In this document: positions 9,935 through 20,845 of the stretch, one piece after another
Layout: every line of letters begins with the position of its first letter
Position numbering within the stretch: position 1 is the stretch's first letter
The notes under the pieces: model-generated
The model's database searches: none
Told to the model about the DNA's origin: nothing
What the model saw: the letters and a program-made list of their open reading frames with translations, nothing else
Assembly: GCA_963695545.1 (NCBI GenBank)
Contig: OY968796.1
Location: 960,001 to 1,024,000 of the forward strand
DNA from: Terriglobia bacterium
GTDB taxonomy: Bacteria; Acidobacteriota; Terriglobia; Acidiferrales; UBA7541
Reading direction: 5' to 3'
Length of the DNA: 64,000 bases
Position numbers and translations under genes: made by a program

Positions 9935-12900
9935 CTAGAAGTTGAACCGCGCCATCAGCTCGATGATGCGCGGATCGAACGCGCCCGTGGCCTTCCCGAA
10001 CGTCGTGCTCGTGTTGCTGTTCCAGGTTAGATTGAGCGTCGAGAAGTTCGTGTGGTTGAAAACGTTGAACGCTTCCCCTCTCAGTTGAATGTTGAAGCGT
10101 TCGTGGATTTGGAACTGCTTGTCCAGCGCGATGTTGAACGTCACTTCGCCCGGTCCGCGAATGTTGCCGATCGTTTCATCGCCGAACGTGCCGAACGCCG
10201 GCTGTTGGAACGAAGCCGGACTCACCCATCCGCCCGCCGCGCTGCCGTTCAAGTATTGGATCGGCCCGACAATGTTCGGACGAGTAGCCAGGCCGGCGTT
10301 CGCAGTGCCCAGGGTCGGTGTGAGCGCAAACCCGTTCTCGATAATCGCGAGCCCCGAGAAATTCCAGCCCGCGAGTGCCGTGCGAAGCGCTTGGCTGTCG
10401 GCGTTTTTGAAGAACGGCATCTGGTAGACCCAGGCTCCCGTGAAGACGTTCGTCCGATCGAAGTCCGGCTCTCCGTACTCGGCCATCGGGTTGTTTGGAT
10501 TCTGAAAGCCTCCGGCCTGATCGTACGAGACTCCCTGACCGCCCGGCTGCACGTCCGTCAGAGACTTGCTGTACGTATAGGCGAAGTTCAGGTTCAGATC
10601 TCTCCGGCGAAGAATGAAGCTGGTTTGCAACGCGTTGTAATTTGCGATGCCCTCGCTATACGTGCCGGAGATCGATGTCCATCCCTGATAGGGAGCGTAG
10701 AAAGTCTGCAGTCCCCCAGTCGATTCCGTGGTTGTGCCCGACGGCAACGCGTTGATGCAAGGATCGTACTGCTGCACCACCGCCGGCCCTTTGTAGGCAT
10801 AGGTTGTGCTGTTGAGTGGATTTGATGCCAGTCCCGCGCAGCTCGGGCTCAGCGAATTGCTCCCGTCCAGCGGGAAGTTTTCATTCACGGCTTCGTCCGT
10901 CACGTGTTGCGACTTATTTCCGGCGTAGCCCACGTTAAACACCGCGCTCGAGCTTAGTTGACGCTCGATGAAAAGACTGTAGCTCTCGGTCACCGTCGGT
11001 TGGAAATCGCCGCTGAATGCGAACAACGATGTCGGAGTAATTGTGGGCGTGCCCGGCGCCGAACCGATCAGCGGCTGGCTGGTCAGCCCGTTGTTGATCG
11101 TCACGCTCTGTGTGAAAGGCGGATTCGTCAGGAACGCCGGGTTCCTCTCGAGCGCCACCGGCGTATAGCCCATACCGAAGCCTCCGCGCACCGCTGTTTT
11201 CCCATCCGCGGTCAATGCGTATGCAAATCCTAGACGCGGCGCAAAATCGGAGTCCTTGGGTTTGTAAAAGCCAGGTTCCGAGGAAACCGGCAGGGTCGCC
11301 GAACTATCCGCGCCGGCCGTCACCAGACCGTCCGTCAGATTTGCCACCGCTCCTCCCGGAGTCAGCGGCTGTCCGCTCGAGTTAAACGTAAACGCCCCCA
11401 GCATCGAAACCGCCGGTGCGGTAGAGGAGCTGTAGGCGCTGGTTTGGAAGCTCGTCAGATCGTTCGTCACCACAGTCTCCGGCTGGAAGTACGACCAGCG
11501 CACTCCCAAGTTCACCGTCAGGCGTGGCGTGACCTTCCAATCGTCCTGCAGATAGAGCTCCCACCAGCCGTAGTGGAAATATCCCGCGCGCTGTACGTTG
11601 GCCTGCTGGTACGTCGAATCGAGACCCAGCAAGAAGTCCGCGGCGGTGTCGCCGCTTTGCGTGCCGGAAAATGTGTAGACGCCCATCGGCGCCGGAAACG
11701 TACCCGAGCTTTGGCTCTTGTTGCCGCGCAGATAGAGGCCGCCGAACTGGAAAATGTGGTTGTGTTTGATCCAAGTGACGTCGTCGCTGTAGATCGCGTC
11801 GCTGTCCGTCGTATCCGTGGGCAGCGCGCCTTCGCCGATCCACGACCAGTTCCCGCTTCCCGTCAATTCCAGGTTCGGCAGCCGGTTCAGAGTGTCCGCT
11901 CCCGGGTAGGCTTGGGCGATGCACGCGGACGATCCGCAAAGCGGCATCGTGTAATTCGATAGCTTCGAATCGCCTTTGGTCCACGCCAATCCGATGGCCG
12001 CTACGTTGATGAAGTTCGTCGTGAAATCCGAAGTCCAGCGTATCCCCGCGTTCATGCCCGGCGTGTACGTGGACGATCCGGGAGTCGGAGAAGGGTCGTT
12101 GTAGTTACGCGCCGCGTTGATGTTGTCCGATTCCTCATAGCTCACGCGAACCATCAACGCCTGCTTTGGAGTCAGAGCGTAGTCCACCTTGTATACCTGG
12201 TCTTGCTGCGTGTCGTTGGTGATCCCGTTGTTCGCGTAGTAAAAAGGATTCCCGTTCGTGAGCGTCGGCAACGGAAGATACGTGGGAGTCAGCAACGCAA
12301 CGGTTACGGGATCGAAGCAAGCCGGATTGATCTGATTGTTCACACCCGCCTTGGCGGTAATACACGTTGCCTGAGGAGTGGCGAATCCCCGATGCATCAG
12401 GTCCGCAACCGCCGATGCGCTCAGCACCAAGCCGCCGGACGGCATGTTGGGATCGCCGCTCAGGTCGCCGGTGCGCATCGCTGCGCTGAATTCGTTGCGA
12501 GCATTCAGAATCGAGGGAGCGATGCTCTTGCGCCATTCACCGTCCGCAAAGAAGAATAGCTTCTCTCTGTGTGAATCGGAGAACGGGATCACCGGACCGC
12601 CGAAGTCGTATCCGTAAATGTTCTGCCGCAGCGGGCTCGGCGTCGGTGAAAAGAAGTTGCGCGCCGTCCAGTCCGGGTTCCTGATGTAGTCGTATCCGGT
12701 GCCGTGGTACTGCGTGGTGCCGCTCTTGGTCGCCACCAGGATCTCACCCGACCCGGCCATCCCGTATTTCGCGCTGTAGTTGCCCTTCAGCACCGTGAAC
12801 TCGGCGATCGAATCGATCACCGGCATCACGTCCACCTGGAACAGCGCCGCCGGAACCGTGTCGTACACGCCGTCGACCGAATACGCCGTCTTTTCCACCG

Positions 12901-13486
12901 ACGTACCGTTGACGATCACCACGTTGATCACGCCGTTTCCGTTGCCCGTCAGCGAGCTGCCGCCGTCGACGCTGCTCACGCCGGAAATCACCTGCGCCAA
13001 ATTCTGAAAATTCCGTCCATTCAGAGGAAGATTCTGAACCTCGGACGCGCTGATCGTGCCGCGATTGTCGGAACTCTCAGTTTGCACCGACACGGCGTCG
13101 GCCGTGACCGTCACTTGCTGCGTCGTATTTCCCAACGCCAGCGACAGACTTAGACCCCGCCGCTGGCCCGGGTCCAGGTGCACATCCGTCGTCACGCTTT
13201 GTTTAAATCCATCCTTCGTGATCGAAACCATATAGGTTCCGTCCGCCAGCGATTCCACCGAGTAAAAGCCGTCGGAGTTTGTCGTGGCGTTCTGCTGGAA
13301 CCCCTTGTTTTGGTCGGTCACCGTCACCGCGGCGCCCGCCACCGCTGCGCCATTCGGATCCGTCACCGTACCGGAAATTGCGCCCGCCGGCACGTTTTGT
13401 GCATGCACGGCGCCAACGCAACAAATCATCAGCGCTATTGCCAGAGCCAGCCCCAGCCCGGCCAACCCCATTCTTTCGTTTCTCAT
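9935..13486 (-). CDS. TonB-dependent receptor with N-terminal carboxypeptidase-regulatory-like domain (Oar type)
   Basis: Signal peptide, ISGTVTDPNGAAV, LPLNGRNF, YLQDDWKVTPRLTVNLGVRW, FAPRLGFAY, EAFNVFNHTNF and a terminal Phe. Start 13486 follows a G-rich RBS. Confidence 0.95.
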   Translation of the reverse strand: MRNERMGLAGLGLALAIALMICCVGAVHAQNVPAGAISGTVTDPNGAAVAGAAVTVTDQNKGFQQNATTNSDGFYSVESLADGTYMVSITKDGFKQSVTTDVHLDPGQRRGLSLSLALGNTTQQVTVTADAVSVQTESSDNRGTISASEVQNLPLNGRNFQNLAQVISGVSSVDGGSSLTGNGNGVINVVIVNGTSVEKTAYSVDGVYDTVPAALFQVDVMPVIDSIAEFTVLKGNYSAKYGMAGSGEILVATKSGTTQYHGTGYDYIRNPDWTARNFFSPTPSPLRQNIYGYDFGGPVIPFSDSHREKLFFFADGEWRKSIAPSILNARNEFSAAMRTGDLSGDPNMPSGGLVLSASAVADLMHRGFATPQATCITAKAGVNNQINPACFDPVTVALLTPTYLPLPTLTNGNPFYYANNGITNDTQQDQVYKVDYALTPKQALMVRVSYEESDNINAARNYNDPSPTPGSSTYTPGMNAGIRWTSDFTTNFINVAAIGLAWTKGDSKLSNYTMPLCGSSACIAQAYPGADTLNRLPNLELTGSGNWSWIGEGALPTDTTDSDAIYSDDVTWIKHNHIFQFGGLYLRGNKSQSSGTFPAPMGVYTFSGTQSGDTAADFLLGLDSTYQQANVQRAGYFHYGWWELYLQDDWKVTPRLTVNLGVRWSYFQPETVVTNDLTSFQTSAYSSSTAPAVSMLGAFTFNSSGQPLTPGGAVANLTDGLVTAGADSSATLPVSSEPGFYKPKDSDFAPRLGFAYALTADGKTAVRGGFGMGYTPVALERNPAFLTNPPFTQSVTINNGLTSQPLIGSAPGTPTITPTSLFAFSGDFQPTVTESYSLFIERQLSSSAVFNVGYAGNKSQHVTDEAVNENFPLDGSNSLSPSCAGLASNPLNSTTYAYKGPAVVQQYDPCINALPSGTTTESTGGLQTFYAPYQGWTSISGTYSEGIANYNALQTSFILRRRDLNLNFAYTYSKSLTDVQPGGQGVSYDQAGGFQNPNNPMAEYGEPDFDRTNVFTGAWVYQMPFFKNADSQALRTALAGWNFSGLAIIENGFALTPTLGTANAGLATRPNIVGPIQYLNGSAAGGWVSPASFQQPAFGTFGDETIGNIRGPGEVTFNIALDKQFQIHERFNIQLRGEAFNVFNHTNFSTLNLTWNSNTSTTFGKATGAFDPRIIELMARFNF

Positions 13487-13684
13487 TACGTCCCCCCCCA
13501 TTTTCATTACACGCCCCCGTTTTCAAGAATCTTGAATTCCCCGCCAACAGCCTTCCGCGGGCCGACGATCTACGTCCCGGAACGCTCCCCGTGCGCAAAA
13601 ATCTGTTGGGCCAGCGCACCCTCCGCTAAAAGCCTGCCACAATTAAGAACCGAAAAAATAGCGATCGCACCCCAAGCGCCGCGC

Positions 13685-13738
13685 ACTCTAGATCACCAGG
13701 GCGTTATTGTCAATACCAACTTAGTTTCTCTATTGGAA
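13685..13738 (-). promoter_or_regulatory. Sigma70 promoter (TTGACA-17-TAGAGT) of the TonB receptor, overlapped by inverted-repeat operator TCAATAC-N13-CTATTGG
   Basis: -35 at 13708-13713 and -10 at 13685-13690 on the minus strand. The same operator geometry recurs at 28487-28513. Confidence 0.75.
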
Positions 13739-14111
13739 CAGCCGGGTGTAGTTGGAGGCAGTTTTCCGGCTCCGTCGCTCGCTAGAAACGCCCCATCTCA
13801 ATGAAAATGCGGCCCGTTCCTCTGTGGCTGCGCCCCATTCGCGTTCCGAGTTCGGCTACTGCGCGCGACGAGTCTGGCCGTTGCCTGCCTCTCGGTCTCG
13901 GTGATTCGATTTTCGATAGTCCGCCTAACCGCTTTGCTTCGATCGCGCCCCAATTCCTCGCCTCCATCCACTTGTCCGTCCTCCCACCTCCGGCGCCGAT
14001 CTCGTTCGCGCACTGCGCTCCGTTGCGCCTGGCGCAATCTCGCGCGAGGCCCAGGGTCCGCTCGCCGCGCTTCGAATCACAGACCATCTCCGCCCGCCCC
14101 TCGCAATCTGT

Positions 14112-14455
14112 GAATATTCGTTCGAATACTCAATTAGTACTTGACGCCTGCCTAATATCCATGCTATGCTCCTTCGTGTTCGCCCCTCTCCAATTCGAAA
14201 TCTCCGCTTCGCATCCCGCCCCGCTCTGCGAGTTCGGCATTTCTGCAGCGCGCGCACGCATCTCGAGTCCCCGATGTGCTCCGAGCGCGGTCCAAGCCCC
14301 CTCACAAGCCCCTGTGCTTTCAAGCGATTGCAAAAGAGTGCGCAACTCATTGAGGAAATTGGTTTTTAAGTTCCCGTGTTTTCACACTCATCCGCACTCT
14401 TTTCCTGCAAATCATGCATTTACAGCAAGTTCGCAAAAACATACCCGGGGTGTAT
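14112..14455 (+). repeat. Dispersed non-coding element, copy A (palindrome + promoter + AT-rich structured 3' part)
   Basis: Palindrome GAATATTCG-TT-CGAATACTC, TTGACG-18-TATGCT, an 11-bp inverted repeat (14332-14342/14393-14403) and terminal TACCCGGGGTG. Colinear similarity to the minus strand of 47801-48176. Confidence 0.7.
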
Positions 14456-14582
14456 ATGCAACTTCGCCGTCGCTTGAGCCGCTCGTGCCTAAATTCCGCG
14501 GATTGACAGAACGGCGCGATCAGACGAGAGTAGCCCGTCCCTGCAGAAGCGGCTCGATCGCGATTGATTCGGCGGAGATAAC

Positions 14583-16193
14583 ATGACAGACCGCAAACTC
14601 TATCGGGCGTCCCTCAAGTTCGGTCTGTTCCTCTGCATCGCTGCCGCCGCCGCGAGCCTGCTTCTCCGCGCGGCTCCTGCGCATGACTACCAGACTGAAC
14701 TGAGGAGCCGGCTGGCCCAGGTGGACGCCGAAGTCGGCCGTCGACCCTATCTCGCGAATTGGAACTCGCTCGGCCGTTACCAGGTGCCCGATTGGTTCCG
14801 CGACGCGAAATTCGGCATCTTCATTCATTGGGGCGTCTATTCCGTTCCCGCGTTTGGCAACGAATGGTATTCGCGCAACATGTATGTCCAGGGAACTCCC
14901 GCGTTTCAACACCAGGTCGCCACCTACGGACCGCAATCGAAATTCGGCTACAAAGATTTCATTCCCATGTTCACCGGCAGCAATTTCAACGCCGACGAAT
15001 GGGTCGATCTCTTTGTCCGCGCCGGTGCAAAGTACGTCGTCCCCGTCGCCGAACACTGCGATGGTTTTCCCATGTACGCATCGGACTTCACCGATTGGAA
15101 TGCCAGCCGCATGGGCCCGAAGCGCGATGTGATCGCGGAAATTGCCGCAGCCACCCGGCGGCGCAATCTCCACTTCGGAGCTTCCTCGCATCGCGCCGAA
15201 CACTGGTGGTGGTATGACGGCGGCACCTCGTTCGATTCCGACGTCAGCGATCCTCAATACGCGGGCCTCTATGGTCCCGCGCAACCCATGGGTTGGCCCG
15301 GCGATGATCCCGCGAAGGAGCCCGATCCCAACCATCTGGAAAAATGGCTGCCTCCCAATCAGGCGTTCCTGGACGATTGGCTCGCCCGCAGCACGGAAAT
15401 TGTGGACAAGTATCACCCCGACATTTTCTATTTCGATTGGTGGATCGGCCAGCCCGCTTTTCAACCTTATCTTCAACGCATGGCTGCGTATTACTACGAT
15501 CGCGCCGCGGAACGCGGCACAGGCGTCGTGCTCACCTACAAAGGTTACGCATTTCCGGAAAACGCCGCGGTGCTGGATATCGAGCGCGGAAAGCTTGATG
15601 CCTTGCGTCTCTTGCCCTGGCAGACCGACACTTCCATCAGCGTCAAGTCCTGGGGCTACGTTCAGAACGACACCTATCGCACCGCCGCATCCTTGATCGC
15701 TGAATTGGTCGACGTGGTGAGCAAGAACGGCAATCTCCTCCTCAACGTCGGCCCTAAATCCGATGGCACGATTCCCGATGAAGATAAGAGCGTCTTGCTC
15801 TCGATGGGTCAGTGGCTCAGCGTGAATGGAGAAGCGATTTACGGTTCGCGTCCCTGGCTGGTTTTCGGCGAAGGCCCGACCAGCGATGCCGCAAGCGCCG
15901 TCAAAGGCAACGACAATAAAACTTTCACGGCGCAGGATATTCGTTTCACCACGAGGGACGGATTTCTTTATGCCATCGCGCTCGGCTGGCCCGCCGACGG
16001 CAAACTGACGATTCGCATTCTGAGCGCCGGAACTCCGTACTTGCCGCGGCCGATCACCCAAGTCCAGTTACTCGGCTCGCAAGAAAGTCTAGTGTGGAAG
16101 CAAACCGCGGACGGACTCGAACTTACTCTTCCCCACGACAAACCGAACGACATGGCCTATGTATTCAAAATTTCCACCGCGGCGGTTAATTAG
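14583..16193 (+). CDS. GH29 alpha-L-fucosidase, secreted
   Basis: WFRDAKFGIFIHWGVYSVP, AEHCDGF, YFDWW nucleophile, DVVSKNGNLLLNVGP and NGEAIYGSRPW; signal peptide. Confidence 0.95.
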   Translation: MTDRKLYRASLKFGLFLCIAAAAASLLLRAAPAHDYQTELRSRLAQVDAEVGRRPYLANWNSLGRYQVPDWFRDAKFGIFIHWGVYSVPAFGNEWYSRNMYVQGTPAFQHQVATYGPQSKFGYKDFIPMFTGSNFNADEWVDLFVRAGAKYVVPVAEHCDGFPMYASDFTDWNASRMGPKRDVIAEIAAATRRRNLHFGASSHRAEHWWWYDGGTSFDSDVSDPQYAGLYGPAQPMGWPGDDPAKEPDPNHLEKWLPPNQAFLDDWLARSTEIVDKYHPDIFYFDWWIGQPAFQPYLQRMAAYYYDRAAERGTGVVLTYKGYAFPENAAVLDIERGKLDALRLLPWQTDTSISVKSWGYVQNDTYRTAASLIAELVDVVSKNGNLLLNVGPKSDGTIPDEDKSVLLSMGQWLSVNGEAIYGSRPWLVFGEGPTSDAASAVKGNDNKTFTAQDIRFTTRDGFLYAIALGWPADGKLTIRILSAGTPYLPRPITQVQLLGSQESLVWKQTADGLELTLPHDKPNDMAYVFKISTAAVN

Positions 16194-16219
16194 GATTTCA
16201 ATGCGGCGAATCGCCTCGC

Positions 16220-18742
16220 CTATTGCGCATGGATTTCATAATGCCCTTCATGGCTCAGGTGAAACTCCGCGCGCATCCCGCCCTCGGCAGCCCTGGACGA
16301 AACCATCGATCCGTTCACGTAGACTTGCGATTTTTCGCCGGGAACCGGAACCACGACATCAGCATCGACCGACGCCGGCAAATCGAGAGCGAGGTGAAAC
16401 GTGCCGTCATTCTTGATGTCAACTTTGATCAGGCCGTTCGGAGTCGGTTCGCTTCCGCGCGCCCACGCAAGGTCGATCAAATCCGGTCGAATGGTCACGT
16501 GGCTGAATCCCGCCGCAGTCGGATTGATCCCGAGCACTTGCTCCATCAGCCAAGCCGTCGGACCACTGGACCATCCGTGCGCCAGGCTCACGAAGTATCC
16601 TGTAGTCCCATCGGCTTGCAGAGAAACGTGGAAATTTATTTTCGGCCATCGCAAATCGTACGCTTCCCAGAATGAAGTCGCGCCCTCCGCGAGCATCCCG
16701 CCCCAAAACGTCCGAATCCATTGCAGCGCCTCGGCGCGATGCCCCGCTTGCGCCATCGCGGACACCACGTAGTAGTTGTAGTAAGGACTGATCACCGGAG
16801 AATCCCATCGATCTTGCGACACATTTTTCAAAACGTTGTCCCACAGCGCGGGATATTGGTCCGGCGTCGCCAGGCCGGACACAATTGCCATCGCGTTGGT
16901 CTGCCAACGCGTGCCATACGTTCCCGTATTCGCGTCGCGCAGATACATATTTGTCGACGCACGAATCGCGTCCGCGCGTTGCTCGTAATGATCCGCGTTC
17001 GCCGTGTCGTTCAGCTCGCGCAGCAAATACGCGCCTTCTTTGTACGCCCGGTAATACTCGATCTGCGTCGCCTGCCGCGCTTCGGGAGTGTCGGCATACA
17101 GTCCTGGAGACCAATCCACAAAGAGCCACTGCTTTTCCGGATTCACAAAAATGTTCCTGTCGTCGAATCCGGAATCCATCAGCTTCAGCAGTTCCACCAA
17201 GCGAGGGTGCACGCTCACCAGAAAATCTTTCGCGCCCGTATGGCCGTAATATTCGGCGAGAGCCGTCACCCACAGCGCGGAATATCCCGGGATCGTGTTC
17301 ACCTGCTCGGTCACCGGGTCGTCGCCGATCAGGCGCGTCATCGTGTCTTCCACCAGAAAATGATCGGCGAAAACGCTGTTGATCACGCGCCCTCCGACGT
17401 CGAGGTCGCCAATCCATCGTCCGCGGTCGCGCTTCACCGCGTCCCATATATCGTCCTGCATGCACAAATGCATGGTGTACGCGCCCGTTTCCCAGATGCG
17501 ATTCAGAAGCGCGTCGGACGATTCAAACGATCCTTTGTATTCAACCGGATAATAAATTCCGTCCAACTGAATCGTCTTGAAACGAATCTCCGGACCGCCG
17601 CCGACAAAGCGAATCTTGGCGTAGCGGAAACCGGCCTTCGGGCCGTACGCGGTGGAATGATTTGCGATGTGCAGCAAATCCGTTCCCACGAAGTGGCCGC
17701 CCGCTTTGGCTTCTTCCGCGGATTCTCCGTATTGGATCGTCACCCAAGCGTCGCAGTCGCAATCGGATTGAAACTCCACGCGCCCTTCCACCTCGCGCCC
17801 GAAATCCAACAGGAGGCTTGGCGCAATTTCGTCGGGCAGCATCGGTTGAGCGAGTTTCACCGTAAATTCAGGAGTGGCTTCGGTCGAAGTGAGCGCCTGA
17901 ACGTTCCGAATCTCGCTTCGCCCCTCGAATACGTCCGTCACTTTCTCCGCTTTCATTCGGTATTGACGCAGAAACGGCGAAACGCCTTCGTAACCGGGCC
18001 AATCGAACATGCCCGCGTCGCCATTCCACTGAAGCATGTCGACCGAACTCTCGATCGGTCCGAGCGATTGAACGGTTTTCCAGTTGCTGTCATCGAATCC
18101 CGGCTGCTCCCACCCGCCGGGCGCATCGAGCGAGCTTTTCCAATCCGGCCCGCTGATCGCAAGCGGCGCGGCGTTGATTCCGGTCGCCGCCGGCAGAATC
18201 TTGGCGACGAGAATTTCGCCGAATGTCTGCTGTTGAACCACGCGCGAGTTGGTCACGCTCACGATCCCGCGCCCGCGAACCACTTCAAGTGCGAGCGTAT
18301 TAGAGCCGCTGCGAAGCGCGCTTCGGATGTCCGTCGCGAACACGTGGATTCCAAGCGGCGAGGTGACATCGCTTTCGACTTGGTCGACGAGTGCGCCGTT
18401 GACGTAGATCTTCGCGGAACGCGGACCGGCCAGGTACAGAGTCGCTGCCGCCGGAAGCTCCGCGAGCTGGAAGGTATAGCGGAAGTAGTGCGGTGCAGAC
18501 TTTACGTCCGGCGTCGCGAAATCGTAGTTGTTGTGGTCCGCGTGCAATGCGGCGGCGTCGCCCGCCGTCCAAATATATTGTTCCCGCAAAGGCACGTGCT
18601 GCGACGGCTGCGCTTCGGCCGCGGTCATGTTGCGTGTGGGGTCAAGCTTCCCGTCTGGAAAGCTGTCTTGCGCGATCGATATGCGCGCGGAAAAGCAAAG
18701 CAAGAGCGCGGCAACAACGAGGTACCGCAACCGAATCATCAT
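16220..18742 (-). CDS. GH78-type alpha-L-rhamnosidase, secreted
   Basis: LLDFGRE, YKGSFESSD, DAVKRDRGRWIGD, FVDW, GATSFWE and SLAHGWSSGP. AGGAGG RBS before ATG 18742; signal peptide. Confidence 0.88.
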   Translation of the reverse strand: MMIRLRYLVVAALLLCFSARISIAQDSFPDGKLDPTRNMTAAEAQPSQHVPLREQYIWTAGDAAALHADHNNYDFATPDVKSAPHYFRYTFQLAELPAAATLYLAGPRSAKIYVNGALVDQVESDVTSPLGIHVFATDIRSALRSGSNTLALEVVRGRGIVSVTNSRVVQQQTFGEILVAKILPAATGINAAPLAISGPDWKSSLDAPGGWEQPGFDDSNWKTVQSLGPIESSVDMLQWNGDAGMFDWPGYEGVSPFLRQYRMKAEKVTDVFEGRSEIRNVQALTSTEATPEFTVKLAQPMLPDEIAPSLLLDFGREVEGRVEFQSDCDCDAWVTIQYGESAEEAKAGGHFVGTDLLHIANHSTAYGPKAGFRYAKIRFVGGGPEIRFKTIQLDGIYYPVEYKGSFESSDALLNRIWETGAYTMHLCMQDDIWDAVKRDRGRWIGDLDVGGRVINSVFADHFLVEDTMTRLIGDDPVTEQVNTIPGYSALWVTALAEYYGHTGAKDFLVSVHPRLVELLKLMDSGFDDRNIFVNPEKQWLFVDWSPGLYADTPEARQATQIEYYRAYKEGAYLLRELNDTANADHYEQRADAIRASTNMYLRDANTGTYGTRWQTNAMAIVSGLATPDQYPALWDNVLKNVSQDRWDSPVISPYYNYYVVSAMAQAGHRAEALQWIRTFWGGMLAEGATSFWEAYDLRWPKINFHVSLQADGTTGYFVSLAHGWSSGPTAWLMEQVLGINPTAAGFSHVTIRPDLIDLAWARGSEPTPNGLIKVDIKNDGTFHLALDLPASVDADVVVPVPGEKSQVYVNGSMVSSRAAEGGMRAEFHLSHEGHYEIHAQ

Positions 18743-18954
18743 GGCCTCCTGGGAACCAATCATTCAAAAACGAAGCGCACTCGGCGCGTGGCCGGAGAAA
18801 CCACGCAAATGTGCATGTCTGGTATGAAACATTTTCCTATGAGAAACTACGCTACGAATCTGAATCTGGCAACTGCCTGCTCTTGCGACCGTGAAAACGG
18901 GGTTGGCCTGGTCGTAAGTGACTCTTCATATCCACTCGGAGCCGCTCTGCTGAG

Positions 18955-20799
18955 ATGAGAAAACCGCGGAAACCCCGAGCTCAAGAAGTCTCCCGGAGAG
19001 ATTTTCTCAAGGGGGCGGGGGCTGCGTTTGCGCTCGGAAGCATTGCTCGCCGGCTTCCCGCAATTTCCGCCACGCCCGCCGTTCGCCTGGGCGAATTCGA
19101 CTACGCTGATGTTCGGCTGACTGGCGGTCCGTTCAAGGACCACTACGACCGCATCCTGGCAAGCTACCTTGCGCTCGATAACGACCGGCTGCTCAAAGTG
19201 TATCGTCAGCGCGCGGGGCTCCCCGCGCCCGGCGACGACATGGGCGGTTGGTACGATGCCGATGGATTTGTGCCCGGCCACGCGCTGGGACAATTCATTT
19301 CCGGGCTTTCACGCTACGCGCGCGCCACCGGCGACGCGGATGCCTACGCGAAAGTTCGCGCGCTGATCTCGGGCTTCGGCGAGACGCTTGGCCCCGATGG
19401 CTATCCGTACGCCAGCGCCAAAGCCGCTACCACCTGGCCTTGCTACATTCTCGATAAGGACGAAATCGGTCTGCTGGATTCTTTTCGTCTCGCCGGCGTC
19501 GCGCAATCTCGCGACATGCTCACTCGCGTGATTCACGGGGCGTTGCCTTCACTGCCTGACCACACTTACGATCGCGGCCCCAATAGCCCGAAGCAAGCGC
19601 CGTATGATGAAACGTACATACTTTCGGAAAATCTTTTTGACAGCTACGAAGTGACGGGCAACCGCGAGTTTTTCGATTTGGCGCGGAAGTATCTACTTAC
19701 AACCGATTATTTCGCTCCCATGGCCACCGGCACATATCCGCTTCCCGGAAAGCACGCTTACAGCCACGTGATTGCGCTCAGTTCGGCGGCGAAGGCCTAT
19801 GAAGTTCTTGGCGATCCGATGTATCTCGAAGCCATCGAGAACGCGTGGAACTTGCTCGAAACGCAACAGCAATATGCGTCGGGAGGGTGGGGTCCGAAGG
19901 AAGCGTTCGTCGAGCCCAATAAAGGACAGCTGTACGATAGCTTGAGCACAACCGAGGATCATTTCGAGACGCCGTGCGGCTGCTACGCGCAGACCAAGCT
20001 CGCGCGCTATTTGCTGCGGTTCACAGGCGATGCGCGCTACGGAGACGGCTTGGAGCGCATTTTGTACAACACCATCCTCGGAGCCAAGGATCCCGACGGC
20101 GAGAACGATTTCTTCTATTACTCGAGCTACGGCCCGCTCTCGCAAAAGTCGTATTACAAATCCAAGGTCCCCTGTTGCGCGGGCACGCTGGTGCAGACCG
20201 TTGCGGATTACGTTTTAAATGTCTACTTCCGCGGCGATGACGGTATTTATGTGAGCCTTTATACGCCGTCCGAGTTGCGCTGGAATGCCGGCAAGATTCC
20301 CGTGAAGCTCATTCAAACCACCGACTATCCGAACGACGAGGCCGTGCATTTCCGCTTGGAGCTGCCAGTTCCAACAGAATTTGCCGTGTCCTTTCGGATT
20401 CCGCGCTGGATAAGTGGCGCCGCGGCTCTTTCGGTCAACGGCAAGAGCGTGTCGGTTCCCGCAAATCCAGGAACTTTTGCGACCATTCGCCGCCTATGGA
20501 GCACGAACGACACGATTGAATTGCGGCTGCCTTTCGAGTTCAGAACGGAAGCGATCGATAATCAGCACCCGGAAACGGTCGCCGCGATGCGCGGCCCGCT
20601 GATGTACGTCGCGGCAACCCCGCCGGAAAATCTTGCCAGCGTTGCGCTTCGACTGCCGCAGGGCCTGACGCCATTGCCGAATGCGCCCGGGCTCTTCACT
20701 TACCAGCTGCCGGAGCAAACTCTTCAATTCAAACCGTTCTTCGCCATTCACGACGAACGCTACAACACCTATTTCCTGAAGCAGGAAGCGCACGCGTGA
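18955..20799 (+). CDS. GH127/GH146-family glycoside hydrolase (beta-L-arabinofuranosidase-like), Tat-exported
   Basis: SRRDFLK Tat motif; GHALGQ, HAYSH, ETPCGC, ERILYN and PCCAGT (Cys/Zn active-site pattern); FRIPRW and RGPL. Confidence 0.88.
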   Translation: MRKPRKPRAQEVSRRDFLKGAGAAFALGSIARRLPAISATPAVRLGEFDYADVRLTGGPFKDHYDRILASYLALDNDRLLKVYRQRAGLPAPGDDMGGWYDADGFVPGHALGQFISGLSRYARATGDADAYAKVRALISGFGETLGPDGYPYASAKAATTWPCYILDKDEIGLLDSFRLAGVAQSRDMLTRVIHGALPSLPDHTYDRGPNSPKQAPYDETYILSENLFDSYEVTGNREFFDLARKYLLTTDYFAPMATGTYPLPGKHAYSHVIALSSAAKAYEVLGDPMYLEAIENAWNLLETQQQYASGGWGPKEAFVEPNKGQLYDSLSTTEDHFETPCGCYAQTKLARYLLRFTGDARYGDGLERILYNTILGAKDPDGENDFFYYSSYGPLSQKSYYKSKVPCCAGTLVQTVADYVLNVYFRGDDGIYVSLYTPSELRWNAGKIPVKLIQTTDYPNDEAVHFRLELPVPTEFAVSFRIPRWISGAAALSVNGKSVSVPANPGTFATIRRLWSTNDTIELRLPFEFRTEAIDNQHPETVAAMRGPLMYVAATPPENLASVALRLPQGLTPLPNAPGLFTYQLPEQTLQFKPFFAIHDERYNTYFLKQEAHA

Positions 20800-20845
20800 G
20801 CGACCCGAGAGACGCGCATCACCCACGCATTTGCGGTGAAGACTC

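Noticed and set aside
13801..14175. 5' part of the 261-aa ORF 13801-14586 as a protein-coding gene
   Set aside because: Low-complexity Pro/Ser/Arg translation that runs across a clear promoter and shows no recognisable domain.
14332..14360. Chromosomal dif (XerCD) site suggested by GTGCGCA
   Set aside because: Only a partial XerC-like arm, and no TTATGTTAAAT-like XerD arm at 6-bp spacing in either copy.
16721..18958. 745-aa + strand ORF
   Set aside because: Antisense shadow of the GH78 gene with no motifs, as expected in high-GC DNA.
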